From a virus: a DNA stretch of 35,763 nucleotides. Location of the stretch: positions 1 to 35,763 of IMG/VR virus record IMGVR_UViG_3300045988_049511. One strand, given 5' to 3'. The notes under the pieces are model-generated. The model was not told the DNA's origin. It worked only from the letters and a program-made list of their open reading frames with translations, and ran no database searches. Of this stretch, positions 15,439-25,465 are shown piece after piece (position 1 is the first letter of the stretch; each line of letters begins with the position of its first letter). A program made the translations under genes and the position numbers.

Positions 15439-15694
15439 CGATCGCCACATTCGGCTGCGGCTCCTCGATGAGGAGTACACGGCCAGCAAGGGAGTGTTCG
15501 ACGAAGACGACTCCCGCGTACGCCGTTGCAAGGCGGCGCTCCGAAGGTTGTCAGACTCAGACCGCCGTCTCTTCATCCTGTATGCCGACACGGGAAGTGT
15601 CCGCAAGCTGTCGCAGACTCTCGGTGTCAGCAAGTCGACGGTGCAGAACCGAGTATCCGAAATTCGTCGCAAACTTAAAAAGAGCATGAAATGA
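15431..15694 (+). CDS. Sigma-70 region 4 HTH domain protein (C-terminal half of a split sigma factor)
   Basis: ALRRLSDSDRRLFILYADTGSVRKLSQTLGVSKSTVQNRVSEIRRKLKK is a region 4.2 pattern. The ATG overlaps the upstream stop by 8 nt. Its own frame has a TGA at 15425-15427. Confidence 0.7.
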   Translation: MNDDRHIRLRLLDEEYTASKGVFDEDDSRVRRCKAALRRLSDSDRRLFILYADTGSVRKLSQTLGVSKSTVQNRVSEIRRKLKKSMK

Positions 15695-16029
15695 GACCAT
15701 ATTTTGACCTTCTCCTCCTCGCCGTTGTCATCGTCTATATCATCGACGTCAGCGGCGTAATGGAAAGTATCAAGGGCGCATTATCCCGATGGCTCGGAGC
15801 CAAGGTGTCCAGGATTCGCCCTTTCGACTGCTCGCTCTGCATGATCTGGTGGGCGGGCATCATCTACATCATCGCCGTCGGAGAATTCTCGCTGCCCACT
15901 CTCTCGTGGGTGGCGGTTCTGTCGGCCATGTCGACCCGCATCCATCGGGCCATCCAGTTCCTGCAGGATGCGGCCGACGCATTCTTTGATTTCCTCACCT
16001 CCAAAATAAACGGCCATGGCAACGAATAA
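15691..16029 (+). CDS. Membrane protein, unknown function
   Basis: 112 aa with three hydrophobic helices and an ATGA overlap with the sigma region-4 gene. Confidence 0.7.
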   Translation: MRPYFDLLLLAVVIVYIIDVSGVMESIKGALSRWLGAKVSRIRPFDCSLCMIWWAGIIYIIAVGEFSLPTLSWVAVLSAMSTRIHRAIQFLQDAADAFFDFLTSKINGHGNE

Positions 16030-16396
16030 GAATCTGCGTGACATATCGAAGCTGCCGCCGGAGGAGCATCGCAGGCTTTCCAGCAAGGGCGGGAAGGCCT
16101 CACAGAAGGCACTGCGCGAGTTGAAGACCATGCGCGAGTATGCCCGGGAGCTCGCGGCCATGAAGACGACGATCGTCAACCAGGACGGCACCGAGCAGGA
16201 GGTTCCCTACCTGGCGGCGGTCGTGGCCTCGCAGTACAAGCAGGCTATCGACAAGTCAGATACCCGGGCGGCGGAGTTCATCGCAACACTCCTCGACGAG
16301 TTGAAGCAGGCGCAAGTCATTGCCCCGAGCTTTGTGATTCAGGTCGGGGATGCCAAGCTGGCCGAGGAGCTGGCGAAGGCCGTAAAGGACAAATGA
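16016..16396 (+). CDS. Putative terminase small subunit (by position)
   Basis: 126 aa with a basic N-terminus. It lies immediately upstream of the large terminase. Confidence 0.45.
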   Translation: MATNKNLRDISKLPPEEHRRLSSKGGKASQKALRELKTMREYARELAAMKTTIVNQDGTEQEVPYLAAVVASQYKQAIDKSDTRAAEFIATLLDELKQAQVIAPSFVIQVGDAKLAEELAKAVKDK

Positions 16397-16397
16397 C

Positions 16398-17600
16398 ATG
16401 ATCACGGAAGCTACATTCTCCCGCAACTTCCGTGAGAAGCTGCTGCCGGCGTGGAACCTGCATCCCCGCTACCTGGATTCGTGCGGAGGTGCCAGATCGG
16501 GGAAGACATACTCGATTCTGCAGATGCTTGTATTGAAGGCCCTGGCCGAGGCTGCCGACGGGAGCCCGGCGAAGATCACATCTGTGGTATCTGAGACTCT
16601 TCCCCACTTGAAGCGAGGAGCCATCCGTGACTTCAAGAGCATCATGCAGAGCTGGGAGATATGGAATGACCGCCAATGGAACCGAACCGACAACATCTTC
16701 ACCTTCCCCAACGGAGGCATGATCGAGTTCTTTTCGGCAGACAGCCCCGGCAAGGTGCACGGCCCGGCCCGAGACCGGCTCTTCATCAACGAGGCGCAGA
16801 ACGTCGACTACGAAACGGCCCGCCAGCTCTTCATCCGAACCCGGGACCGCATCATCATCGACTACAACCCCGTGCAGGAGTTCTGGGTGCATGAAAACAT
16901 CCAGGGACGGCCCGAGTGCGTGTCGATACATTCGACGTACAAGGACAACGATTTTTTGACTCCCGAACAGGTAGCCGAGATCGAGAGCAACAAGGGATCG
17001 GGCAACTGGTGGCGGGTGTACGGTGAGGGCAAGATCGGGCAGGCCGAAGGCGTGATCTTCGACTTCACGCAGATCGAAGCCATGCCCGAGTCGTCGGATA
17101 TGGTCGAGACATATGGCATCGACTTCGGATTCACCAACGACCCGACGGTGATTGTCCACGTCAAGGTGCACACCGGGCGAAAGGAGATCTACGTCGACCA
17201 GCTCGAATACCGAACCGGAATGCTCAACCGGGACATCATCCGAACGCTCGATGCGTACAAGGTGCCGAAGCGGACGATCCCTATCTTCGCGGATGCTGCA
17301 GAGCCCAAGAGCATCGCCGAGATTGCGCAGGCCGGATTCAACTGCAAGCCGAGCTACAAGGCGACACGCAAGGCCGAGCAGATCGCCTTCATGCAGCAGT
17401 ATAAAATGTTCATCACGAAGCGGAGCGTCGAGGGCATCAAGGAGGCCCGCAACTACTGCTGGGCGAAAGACAAGGACGGGCGCCCGCTGAACGAGCCGCA
17501 GGCATTCGCCGACCATTTCATGGATGCGATGCGATACGCTGCCTATTCACCCTTTGCCGACTTCCGAAAGTCGGGACACTACAAGATCATCAACAGATAG
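16398..17600 (+). CDS. terL: Terminase large subunit (PBSX/Terminase_3-like)
   Basis: Walker A is CGGARSGKTYS. It has the ATPase plus nuclease two-domain length and DHFMDAMRYA near the C-terminus. Confidence 0.9.
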   Translation: MITEATFSRNFREKLLPAWNLHPRYLDSCGGARSGKTYSILQMLVLKALAEAADGSPAKITSVVSETLPHLKRGAIRDFKSIMQSWEIWNDRQWNRTDNIFTFPNGGMIEFFSADSPGKVHGPARDRLFINEAQNVDYETARQLFIRTRDRIIIDYNPVQEFWVHENIQGRPECVSIHSTYKDNDFLTPEQVAEIESNKGSGNWWRVYGEGKIGQAEGVIFDFTQIEAMPESSDMVETYGIDFGFTNDPTVIVHVKVHTGRKEIYVDQLEYRTGMLNRDIIRTLDAYKVPKRTIPIFADAAEPKSIAEIAQAGFNCKPSYKATRKAEQIAFMQQYKMFITKRSVEGIKEARNYCWAKDKDGRPLNEPQAFADHFMDAMRYAAYSPFADFRKSGHYKIINR

Positions 17601-17606
17601 CAGACT

Positions 17607-18236
17607 ATGATAACCAACTACAACAGCCTCACGGTAGGCAAGTATGAGGCCCTGCTTCGAGCACGGGCCGACCACGAAGGCGATACGAACGAACTGAACC
17701 TTCACGTGCTGTCGATTCTCTCTGGCATGACCGTCGACCAGCTCCTCGATCTGAAGGTACCGGAGTTCCGGGCCATGATGGACCGGGCGGGATTCCTTTG
17801 CACGGCACCTCGGCCGTCGGAGGTAGCCAGGCAGTACCGGTTCGGGGATCTGACCCTTGTACCCGTGACCGATGTCCGGAAGATGACGGCGGCGCAGTAC
17901 ATCGACTTTCAGAATTTCTCAAACGCCGGCGAAGGTCGACAGGCGGAACTACTCTCCTGCTTCCTGGTGCCGAAGGGCATGAAGTACAACGACGGCTACG
18001 ACATCCTCGAAGTACAGCAGGCAATCCGGGATTTCATGCCGGTGACGGCTGCTTTGGGGTTGCTCGCTTTTTTTTTGAGAAGATTGCATCGGTCAACAAT
18101 CAATACCCTACGCTCTTCGGTAAAGAAGATGCCGAAGAACCCGCAGACGGCGGAGGCTATCCAGGCGACGAACCGGTTGATCCGTTCTCTGCAAAGTGGG
18201 GGTGGATTGCCAATGTCGATGCCGTTTCTGAATTGA
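17607..18236 (+). CDS. Hypothetical protein with a T9 slippery run; the -1 frame extends to 18361 (tail-assembly-chaperone-like two-product gene?)
   Basis: The zero frame gives ...LGLLAFFLRRLH... and the -1 frame gives ...FFFEKIASVNNQYPTLFGKEDAEEP...EWIRTH. The T run lies at 18068-18076. Confidence 0.65.
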   Translation: MITNYNSLTVGKYEALLRARADHEGDTNELNLHVLSILSGMTVDQLLDLKVPEFRAMMDRAGFLCTAPRPSEVARQYRFGDLTLVPVTDVRKMTAAQYIDFQNFSNAGEGRQAELLSCFLVPKGMKYNDGYDILEVQQAIRDFMPVTAALGLLAFFLRRLHRSTINTLRSSVKKMPKNPQTAEAIQATNRLIRSLQSGGGLPMSMPFLN

Positions 18237-18342
18237 CGCGCACGCCGTGGGCTGAGGTGTGGGAGATGCCGGTCATTGAATTTCTCAACATGCTGGCATA
18301 TCGCCGGGACAAGATCGAACAAAAGAAAAAAGAGCATCAGGA

Positions 18343-18846
18343 ATGGATTCGAACACATTGATCAGTTTCTCGAACCTAGCTGCCGTGTTGGCAAAATACG
18401 GCGAGGCCGTATGCGAGGCATACCGAAAGGAGTTGCGAGACCGAGGAAAGGATGCTTCGGGACTCCTGTCGCAGAGCGTCCGGTATATGGTCAACCGGGA
18501 CGGCACCACATACGCCGTGGATCTGTCGCTGCAGGACTATTGGAAGTATGTCGAGTACGGCCGCCGGCCGTTGAGCCGGTTCCCACCGTTGGACAAGATC
18601 CTGGAATGGATCAGAGTGAAGCCCGTAGTTCCCCGGCCGATGGACAACGGCAAGCTGCCCACGGAGAAGCAGCTCGCCTTCCTGATCGGGCGGAAGATCG
18701 CCGAGGATGGCATCAAGCCTACGCCCGCACTCGACACGGCGGTGGGGCTGACCTATGCCCAGTTCATCGACGAGATAGGACGGGCAATCACGGCCGATCT
18801 GTCGGATGCCGTGGATGGGGCTCTCGACAGCCTCGTGACGCGATGA
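18343..18846 (+). CDS. HK97 gp10-like head-tail/tail completion protein
   Basis: DYWKYVEYGRRP resembles the gp10-family fvEyGT motif. 167 aa. Confidence 0.6.
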   Translation: MDSNTLISFSNLAAVLAKYGEAVCEAYRKELRDRGKDASGLLSQSVRYMVNRDGTTYAVDLSLQDYWKYVEYGRRPLSRFPPLDKILEWIRVKPVVPRPMDNGKLPTEKQLAFLIGRKIAEDGIKPTPALDTAVGLTYAQFIDEIGRAITADLSDAVDGALDSLVTR

Positions 18847-18894
18847 CCGCGGACGAAATCCGCGGATTGCATATTTACCAAAAAATAGACGAGT

Positions 18895-19866
18895 ATGGCA
18901 ATAACACCTATTTGGCAGGATCACACCGTGAGTGTGCAGACAGAAGAAGGGTCGATTTCTTATATCATCAAGTGCGACGGGACCACTATCTACGCAGGTA
19001 AAGCCTACAAACGACCAGGTGCTTCCGAGATATTGTTTGGCATTGGAGACGTATGCGCTCCTTTCTTGTCTTCGAATGCCGAAATAGCGAAGGCCACCAC
19101 GGGGTTCATGGCTATCAATGAAATGCAAAGGATATTTGTCGTATATGATTTGTCCGGGACGGTACTTGCGACCGTAGATTTCTCCAACGATTGGAGTTAC
19201 AAAGGCGCCACCCCAAACTTCGCATCGGACCCGGTACAGCGTAAAATTGACCCAAGGCAGCTTATGCTGGCCTCGATGTATGAGGCGTTCAAAGTGATTG
19301 CGCAGATCGAAGGATCTACGCCTCAGACGCAAACACTCTACGATGGAGATCCCGCATCGGGCGTGGCTTGCGGCGACACAGCGTTGTTGTCAAATGCGAC
19401 ATCCGTCACTATATCCGCGAACACGACGGGCGGCACCGAGATCATGACCTACGAGGTCGTGAAGCCATGCGCCCGATACGTGCTGTACTACGTCAACGCC
19501 TTCGGGGGCTGGGATTCGCTTCTGATGACGGGCAACGACAAGCGAGTCGACAACTACACCCGTGCGACGTACAAGAAGGTATACTCACCCGCAGATCTGT
19601 CGGACCGAGGCACGGTGAATTACCGAAACGACATTGAGCGGACGATCTCGCTCGTTACCGACTGGCTGACGGACGAGGAGTCGGCCAGGATGCACCATCT
19701 TTTCGGGTCGACAAATGTATACCTGCACGACCTCGTGGAGAACATCATCCGGCCCGTGACACTCACGGCCAAGTCGTGGACCGAAAAGACCTTCCGCAAC
19801 AACGGGGCCAAGCTCGTGAATTATCAGATAGACGTAACCATTGCGCAGGATTTCGTGAGAATATGA
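18895..19866 (+). CDS. Tail/baseplate structural protein (unassigned)
   Basis: 323 aa with an ATGA overlap with the large tail protein gene downstream. Confidence 0.6.
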   Translation: MAITPIWQDHTVSVQTEEGSISYIIKCDGTTIYAGKAYKRPGASEILFGIGDVCAPFLSSNAEIAKATTGFMAINEMQRIFVVYDLSGTVLATVDFSNDWSYKGATPNFASDPVQRKIDPRQLMLASMYEAFKVIAQIEGSTPQTQTLYDGDPASGVACGDTALLSNATSVTISANTTGGTEIMTYEVVKPCARYVLYYVNAFGGWDSLLMTGNDKRVDNYTRATYKKVYSPADLSDRGTVNYRNDIERTISLVTDWLTDEESARMHHLFGSTNVYLHDLVENIIRPVTLTAKSWTEKTFRNNGAKLVNYQIDVTIAQDFVRI

Positions 19867-22800
19867 GACGAACAATCAGACTATACATCGGCGATGCTGA
19901 GGCCGATCTTTCCACCGATTCGCTGGTGCAGATGAACTATAAGGCCGACGACCTGAACAGCCCGGCCGTCGTCAAGAACAGCTATTCCCAGCAGGTGACG
20001 CTGCCGTCGACGCGCAACAACGATGCGATCTTCGGCATGATGTTCCGGGCCGACCGTAGAACCACATCCGGGAGTGGCGGCACCGGTACGGATTTCAGCC
20101 CGCTGGTCCGCACTCCGTTCTCGATATACAGCGAGGCCGGGGAACTGCTGGAATCCGGATACATGAAGCTCGACAGCGTGACCGACAAGAACGGCACCGT
20201 AACGTATGGCGTTACGCTATACGGCGGTCTCGGGTCGTTCTTCTACACGCTGTCTTATGACGACGAGGGCAATGAGCTCACGTTGGCCGATCTCCCGCTG
20301 TTGAGCGATGACCCGGAGGACAAGATCGAGTTTACGATCAACAAGGAGACCGTGGCCGAGGCGTGGGCGGCACTCCGCAGCGGGACTGACGGACCGTGGC
20401 AGGTCGTGAATTTCGCACCGGCCTACAACGGACTGCCGGAGGGGGATTTCAGCGCGGACACGGCCGTCGGGGATCCTGCCCTGGTGGGAGGCAAGACGTC
20501 CTATCCGTCGGGCGGGAACAGCTATTCGACCATCGACGGGTGCGCGCTGTACGATCTCGGCGAGGACTTCACGGAGTGGCAGACAAAGGACCTGCGGAGC
20601 TACCTGCAGCGGCCCGTGTTCTCGGTGAAGGGCATGATTGCGGCGATCGGCCGTTATGCCGCATCGAAAGGCTTCACGCTGAACCTTGATAGCGTGTTCT
20701 TCAATTCAGCAAACGAGGCCTATGAGAAGGCATGGGTAACGCTTCCGCTGCTGACAACATACGAGCAGGATGGGGAGTCTGGAGAATGGGACGTTAGCGG
20801 GAACGCATCTTCTGGAAATGTGTATGCGGGGGATTATAGAGCCGGATTGACCGCAACGCTCAATCCCGGCAGCACGTCACCGGATGCACTTGTTACCGTA
20901 TCGCTGGTGCCGTCCATTTATTTGACAACATCCCCCCTTGCGAGTGGCGACTATGCTTATCTCAATAATCCAGCAAACCTCCCAAACGTTCCGTATCACG
21001 GAACTATGCTGTTTCTGCAGCTTCAATTGCTGGACGATCTAGGAGGAGTTGTAGCGGCAAGCCCAATCCAGGAATACATATCGTCTCAACTGGACTCGAT
21101 GATGTCGCCGATGGATTGGGCAAATCTCGGGATCTTGGATGGGGCATATTACGGTAGCGGAGCCCGGCTCACAGAATGCGGAAGGCTCGATAAGGTTACG
21201 ACACGTGAGGGATCTTCGCATAGCATTCCGAATGCTTCCATCCAAACCATGACTGTATCAGGAGTGGGATCTACGATCGCAGTCCTTCGGGTATGGGTAC
21301 GGATTATCAATTACGCCAGAGTATCCGGAGTCGTAACGTGGTCGATGACATCGAACGAGAATATGAGGTTATCATCAAACTATGTTGATCTGAGAACATA
21401 CGATGTCAAGTTATACGGTGTGAATGTATCATCCGGGACTCTGGAATATAACATAGGCGCTCAGCTGCACAGCGATTCGAAGATTACGCAGTCTATCATG
21501 CTGTCCGACACGATGACCCCGGCGGAATTCCTGCTGTCGTACTCCAAGACTTTCGGGCTGTCGTACACCTACGACAAGGGTTCGAAGACCGTGTCGCTGC
21601 TGACCCGCAATTCGCTCTACACCGAGGATGTCGTGGACATCGAGGATCGCATCGACCGGTCGAAGGACATTAAGACTACGCCGCTGGTCTCCGAGTCGAA
21701 GTGGCTCTCCTTCGCTTCGGGCGAGCTGGAAGGGGAGTTTGTCGAGTTCTACAAGAAGAAGTACGGCCGCGAGTACGGCGCGCAGCGCGTGAACACGGGC
21801 TACGACTTCAACGCCGACACGACGGATGTCCTCGAAAGCTCAGAGTTCGCGGGAGGCGCCGAAGTCTTGGAGAAGTCGATCTACTTCAACAACGTGACCA
21901 GCCCGACGGGAGACCTTGCCGGGCGTCTTCGCATCTGCTCGACATTTCTCAATGGGCAGGCGTCGTACAAGCTGTTTCTGAACGGCACGGATCCCGATAC
22001 GAGCATCGATATGGAGGGTATCACGCCTGACGGCACCGCCACCGTCACGCCGTTCAATTCCGATCTGCCGTCCTACGACGTCATCCCCAAGCTGCAATGC
22101 CATACGGATGACGAGAGCGCGACGGATGGGTTTGGGGTCCTGCTCTTCTTGCGTGGCAGCATTGCAGATGACGAGGCGGCAGCAACGGCCTACGCCCGAT
22201 TCATCATTACCGACGATTCGAGTGCGATGTACGATCTGAACGGTGGACCATGCTGGGAGTTGTCGAACGGAATTGCCGCAAGCGATATGCCGATATTCGG
22301 ACGTCATTGGCTGAACGGCAACGAGATCGAGCAGACGATGGATTTCGGCATCCCGGCCGAGATCGACATCCCCAATCTGTCGGTAGACTCCGAAGCGGCT
22401 ATCTACACCCGCTATTGGCAGAAGTACATCGAGGATATGTACAACGTAGACACGCGGATCTGCTCGGCATATGTCGACTTTCGTGGCATTCAGGTAGGGG
22501 AAGAGCTGCTCCGCAAATTCTTCTTCTTCGACGGAGCCATCTGGCGGCTGAACGGCATATCGAACTACTCACTGACGACCGTCGGTACAACACAATGCGA
22601 GTTCGTGAAGGTGATGGATACATCGGCCTACACCGATGGACAGAATGTTCCGTATGATATTGGACTTCAACTTACCACCGATGGCACATCTCTGTACGTG
22701 CGAACATCCAGGCCGCTGAGGAATGGAGAACGAATTTCTATTTTGACGCGAGGAAGCGGTAGGTTTAGCTTGCCACCGAACAATGGGTTCCAACGTGTCC

Positions 22801-23144
22801 ATAGACGTTCCTATCGTCGATGGCACATACCATACAATAATTTCCCTGTGTCGGAAAACGGGAAAATAACGATTCCTGCTCCCGGCTTGACAAACACTTA
22901 TCGATGGAGAATAGATACGGACGTTAGAACGGGGCTTCGATATCTGCACATAGTCAAAGCCAACCGGTCGACGGGCTTCGGCTACAATATCACCGGAGAT
23001 ATGGATCGTGTCGTTACTTTTGCGGTCGCCGTGGTAGCGGGGACGAGTTTCCTTTCGAAGGAGATTTCAAACCGTTGCTACTTTGAATCAAGGGCTCACG
23101 TAAGGGACGGCGAACTCACCCAAGAGTTCGTTGTGCCAAAATAA
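19863..23144 (+). CDS. Large tail tip / host-specificity protein (1093 aa)
   Basis: The call rests on size, position in the tail block and AT-richer internal segments. The start is taken at ATG 19863 (MRRTIRLYIGD), overlapping the upstream stop. Confidence 0.7.
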   Translation: MRRTIRLYIGDAEADLSTDSLVQMNYKADDLNSPAVVKNSYSQQVTLPSTRNNDAIFGMMFRADRRTTSGSGGTGTDFSPLVRTPFSIYSEAGELLESGYMKLDSVTDKNGTVTYGVTLYGGLGSFFYTLSYDDEGNELTLADLPLLSDDPEDKIEFTINKETVAEAWAALRSGTDGPWQVVNFAPAYNGLPEGDFSADTAVGDPALVGGKTSYPSGGNSYSTIDGCALYDLGEDFTEWQTKDLRSYLQRPVFSVKGMIAAIGRYAASKGFTLNLDSVFFNSANEAYEKAWVTLPLLTTYEQDGESGEWDVSGNASSGNVYAGDYRAGLTATLNPGSTSPDALVTVSLVPSIYLTTSPLASGDYAYLNNPANLPNVPYHGTMLFLQLQLLDDLGGVVAASPIQEYISSQLDSMMSPMDWANLGILDGAYYGSGARLTECGRLDKVTTREGSSHSIPNASIQTMTVSGVGSTIAVLRVWVRIINYARVSGVVTWSMTSNENMRLSSNYVDLRTYDVKLYGVNVSSGTLEYNIGAQLHSDSKITQSIMLSDTMTPAEFLLSYSKTFGLSYTYDKGSKTVSLLTRNSLYTEDVVDIEDRIDRSKDIKTTPLVSESKWLSFASGELEGEFVEFYKKKYGREYGAQRVNTGYDFNADTTDVLESSEFAGGAEVLEKSIYFNNVTSPTGDLAGRLRICSTFLNGQASYKLFLNGTDPDTSIDMEGITPDGTATVTPFNSDLPSYDVIPKLQCHTDDESATDGFGVLLFLRGSIADDEAAATAYARFIITDDSSAMYDLNGGPCWELSNGIAASDMPIFGRHWLNGNEIEQTMDFGIPAEIDIPNLSVDSEAAIYTRYWQKYIEDMYNVDTRICSAYVDFRGIQVGEELLRKFFFFDGAIWRLNGISNYSLTTVGTTQCEFVKVMDTSAYTDGQNVPYDIGLQLTTDGTSLYVRTSRPLRNGERISILTRGSGRFSLPPNNGFQRVHRRSYRRWHIPYNNFPVSENGKITIPAPGLTNTYRWRIDTDVRTGLRYLHIVKANRSTGFGYNITGDMDRVVTFAVAVVAGTSFLSKEISNRCYFESRAHVRDGELTQEFVVPK

Positions 23145-23240
23145 AGGCCTTATTCCACCGAAGTGAAACAAGGCTATCCGCTTGGACGAGACTCCAAGCA
23201 AAGGCAAAGATAAACATTTTTCGTAAAAAACCAAAAAATA

Positions 23241-25445
23241 ATGGCAGAAGATATCAAACGAGTGATCGAGGTGGATGCAACGTCCAGCTCGAAGACTATC
23301 CGGGAACTCCGGGAGGAGATCGAGAAACTGAAAAAGACCCTCTCCGAGTTGACGGCCGGGACCAAGGAGTTCGCCGAGGCGCAGGCCCGAATGTCGCAGG
23401 CGCAGGAGGAGGTCAACCAGGCGATGGAGATCAGCGCCAAAAACGAGGATGCGCAGGTCAAGAGTATGCAAGAACTGCGGGCGATCATCGACGAGAACAC
23501 GGGGTCGTTCGGCTTCCTCGTGGCCCGTATGCAGGAGTTGAAGGCGGGCATCGACGCTACCAATGCCCGGATCAAGCAGATCACCAAGGACTACGACGAA
23601 GGCCGGATGGCCGTCGACGACTACAACCAGGAGCTGCAGGAGAACCTGGAAGAGTTGCAAAAACTCCGCACGGAGCAGGGCGATGTCCGCTCCTCGCTGA
23701 ACGCCTCGACAAAGGCCCTGCTTGCGGCCAAGGGATCCTACGTCGAGATGTCGCAGACGCTGGGCCAGCTCCGCAATGCCTACCGGCAGTTGAGCAAGGA
23801 GCAGCGGGAGGGAGCTGTCGGAACCGAAATGCTGGGGCAGATCAAGCTGCTCGACGCGGAGCTGAAGGAGGTCGACGCCTCAATGGGCAATTTCCAGCGA
23901 AATGTAGGCGGATACGAAGAGGCCCTGAAGCAGGTGTTGCCTCCGCAGGCCGGGCTGATTGTCGACCTCGGGAAGTTGAGCGTCGAGGGTGGCGGTATTC
24001 CGTCGTTGTTCACCGGCATGAAGGACAGCATCGTTGGCATGACAAAGGCGGCTGTCGCTTTCATTGCCACGCCGCTGGGCGCCACGCTTACGGCATTGGC
24101 CGCTGCCGCCGCTGCGGCGTTCGCTCTGTTCAACGCTCGCAACAAGGAGATCGAGAAGCAGGCCGAAGCCAGCGCCAAAGCATTGGAGAAGCAGAAGGAG
24201 CAGATGGAGCGATTCGACCTTGAAATATCCCGAGAAGTGGAACTGCTTCGGGCAGACGGGAAAGAGCAAGAGGCGAATGCGTTGGCTCGAAGATCGGTTA
24301 CCGATGCGATGAACAAGGCACAGCAGGCTGTGGATGAATATCGCGAGAAGTACAATCAGATGTCCGCCAAGGAGCAAAAGGCAAATGCTGAAACTTTGAA
24401 GGGGTACGAAGACGCCTTGCAGGCCCGCATCGACGCCTGGGAAGAGGTGATCCACGAGGATGAAGTACGCCGCCGGACGGAGTTGAGAGAGGAGCGCGAG
24501 CAGAACGAGAAGCTGAAAGAAGAATGGGCAAAGGCTGCCGCAGAGAAGCAGCGCATCGCCGAAGAGACGAATGCAGCTATCCGGGAGGCCAACGCCGCCT
24601 TCCGGGATGAAACGGCCCTGATGCAAGCCGAACAGGGCGCCGGCACGCAGAGCGGGGATCTCGCCCTGGCGCAGGAGCAGTTCCGGCAGGAGCTGGCCGC
24701 CTTCGAGACGATGGTCGACGAGAAGCAGATCGCCGAGGAACTGGCGATGGAGCGCCGCAAACTGATGCTAGAACAATACGGGCAGGAGATTGCCGATATC
24801 CAGGCCAAGTATCTGAAGCAGGAGAACGACCAGCTTCTCAAAGCACTCGACGAAGAAATGGCCGCCGAATTTGAGGCAGACAAGGATCTCGTTTCGCAGG
24901 AATTGAAGAACTCCAAAGAACGCCAGAAGATAGCCGATGCCGAGTACAAGCACAAGCAGATGATCACCCAGCAGACCGGGGCACTCCTGCAAGCCGGTGC
25001 GCAGCTTGCAGGCGAGAGCACGGCAGTAGGCAAGGCAATGGCTGTGGCTGCGGCAACCATATCGACCTATCAGGCTGCACAAGCGGCCTACCAGGCGGCT
25101 TTCATGCCGGTGCCCACCTATGCAAGTCCGGTATTGGGAGCCATCAACATGGCGGCAGCCATTGCCACGGGTTTGGCAAACATCAAGAGCATTCTTTCGG
25201 TCGACTCTTCGGGTGGCACGGGATACGGGTCGTCCAGCTCCACCGGTGCCACGGTTACCACCCCGGCGGTCGTCACACCTCCGGCCGTGGTGCAGGAGGT
25301 TGAAACGGTTCGCTCGCTCACCGGTGCCAGCGAGGAGGAACGACTCAATCAGATGGCCAGCAGTCAGCGCGTCTACCTGGTCTATTCGGACGTCGAGCAG
25401 GCCGGGAGGCGAGTGCAGGTCCAGCAGTCGGAGACGAGTTTCTAA
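23241..25445 (+). CDS. Tape measure protein
   Basis: 734 aa with long coiled coils, an Ala-rich hydrophobic segment (AVAFIATPLGATLTALAAAAAAAFALF), a GNFQRNVGGY motif and a hydrophobic C-terminal region. Confidence 0.8.
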   Translation: MAEDIKRVIEVDATSSSKTIRELREEIEKLKKTLSELTAGTKEFAEAQARMSQAQEEVNQAMEISAKNEDAQVKSMQELRAIIDENTGSFGFLVARMQELKAGIDATNARIKQITKDYDEGRMAVDDYNQELQENLEELQKLRTEQGDVRSSLNASTKALLAAKGSYVEMSQTLGQLRNAYRQLSKEQREGAVGTEMLGQIKLLDAELKEVDASMGNFQRNVGGYEEALKQVLPPQAGLIVDLGKLSVEGGGIPSLFTGMKDSIVGMTKAAVAFIATPLGATLTALAAAAAAAFALFNARNKEIEKQAEASAKALEKQKEQMERFDLEISREVELLRADGKEQEANALARRSVTDAMNKAQQAVDEYREKYNQMSAKEQKANAETLKGYEDALQARIDAWEEVIHEDEVRRRTELREEREQNEKLKEEWAKAAAEKQRIAEETNAAIREANAAFRDETALMQAEQGAGTQSGDLALAQEQFRQELAAFETMVDEKQIAEELAMERRKLMLEQYGQEIADIQAKYLKQENDQLLKALDEEMAAEFEADKDLVSQELKNSKERQKIADAEYKHKQMITQQTGALLQAGAQLAGESTAVGKAMAVAAATISTYQAAQAAYQAAFMPVPTYASPVLGAINMAAAIATGLANIKSILSVDSSGGTGYGSSSSTGATVTTPAVVTPPAVVQEVETVRSLTGASEEERLNQMASSQRVYLVYSDVEQAGRRVQVQQSETSF

Positions 25446-25465
25446 CAGCCCGGATGACGGGTCAA

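Noticed and set aside
16317-17516. 399-aa minus-strand ORF
   Set aside because: It is antisense to the well-supported terminase large subunit. The composition is Arg/Leu/Val/His/Gly-rich and low complexity, typical of shadow ORFs in high-GC DNA.
18376-19332. 318-aa minus-strand ORF and the 18276..19001 plus-strand ORF
   Set aside because: Both overlap the gp10-like gene and the following tail gene in other frames. They are Arg/Gly-rich and give no coherent gene packing.
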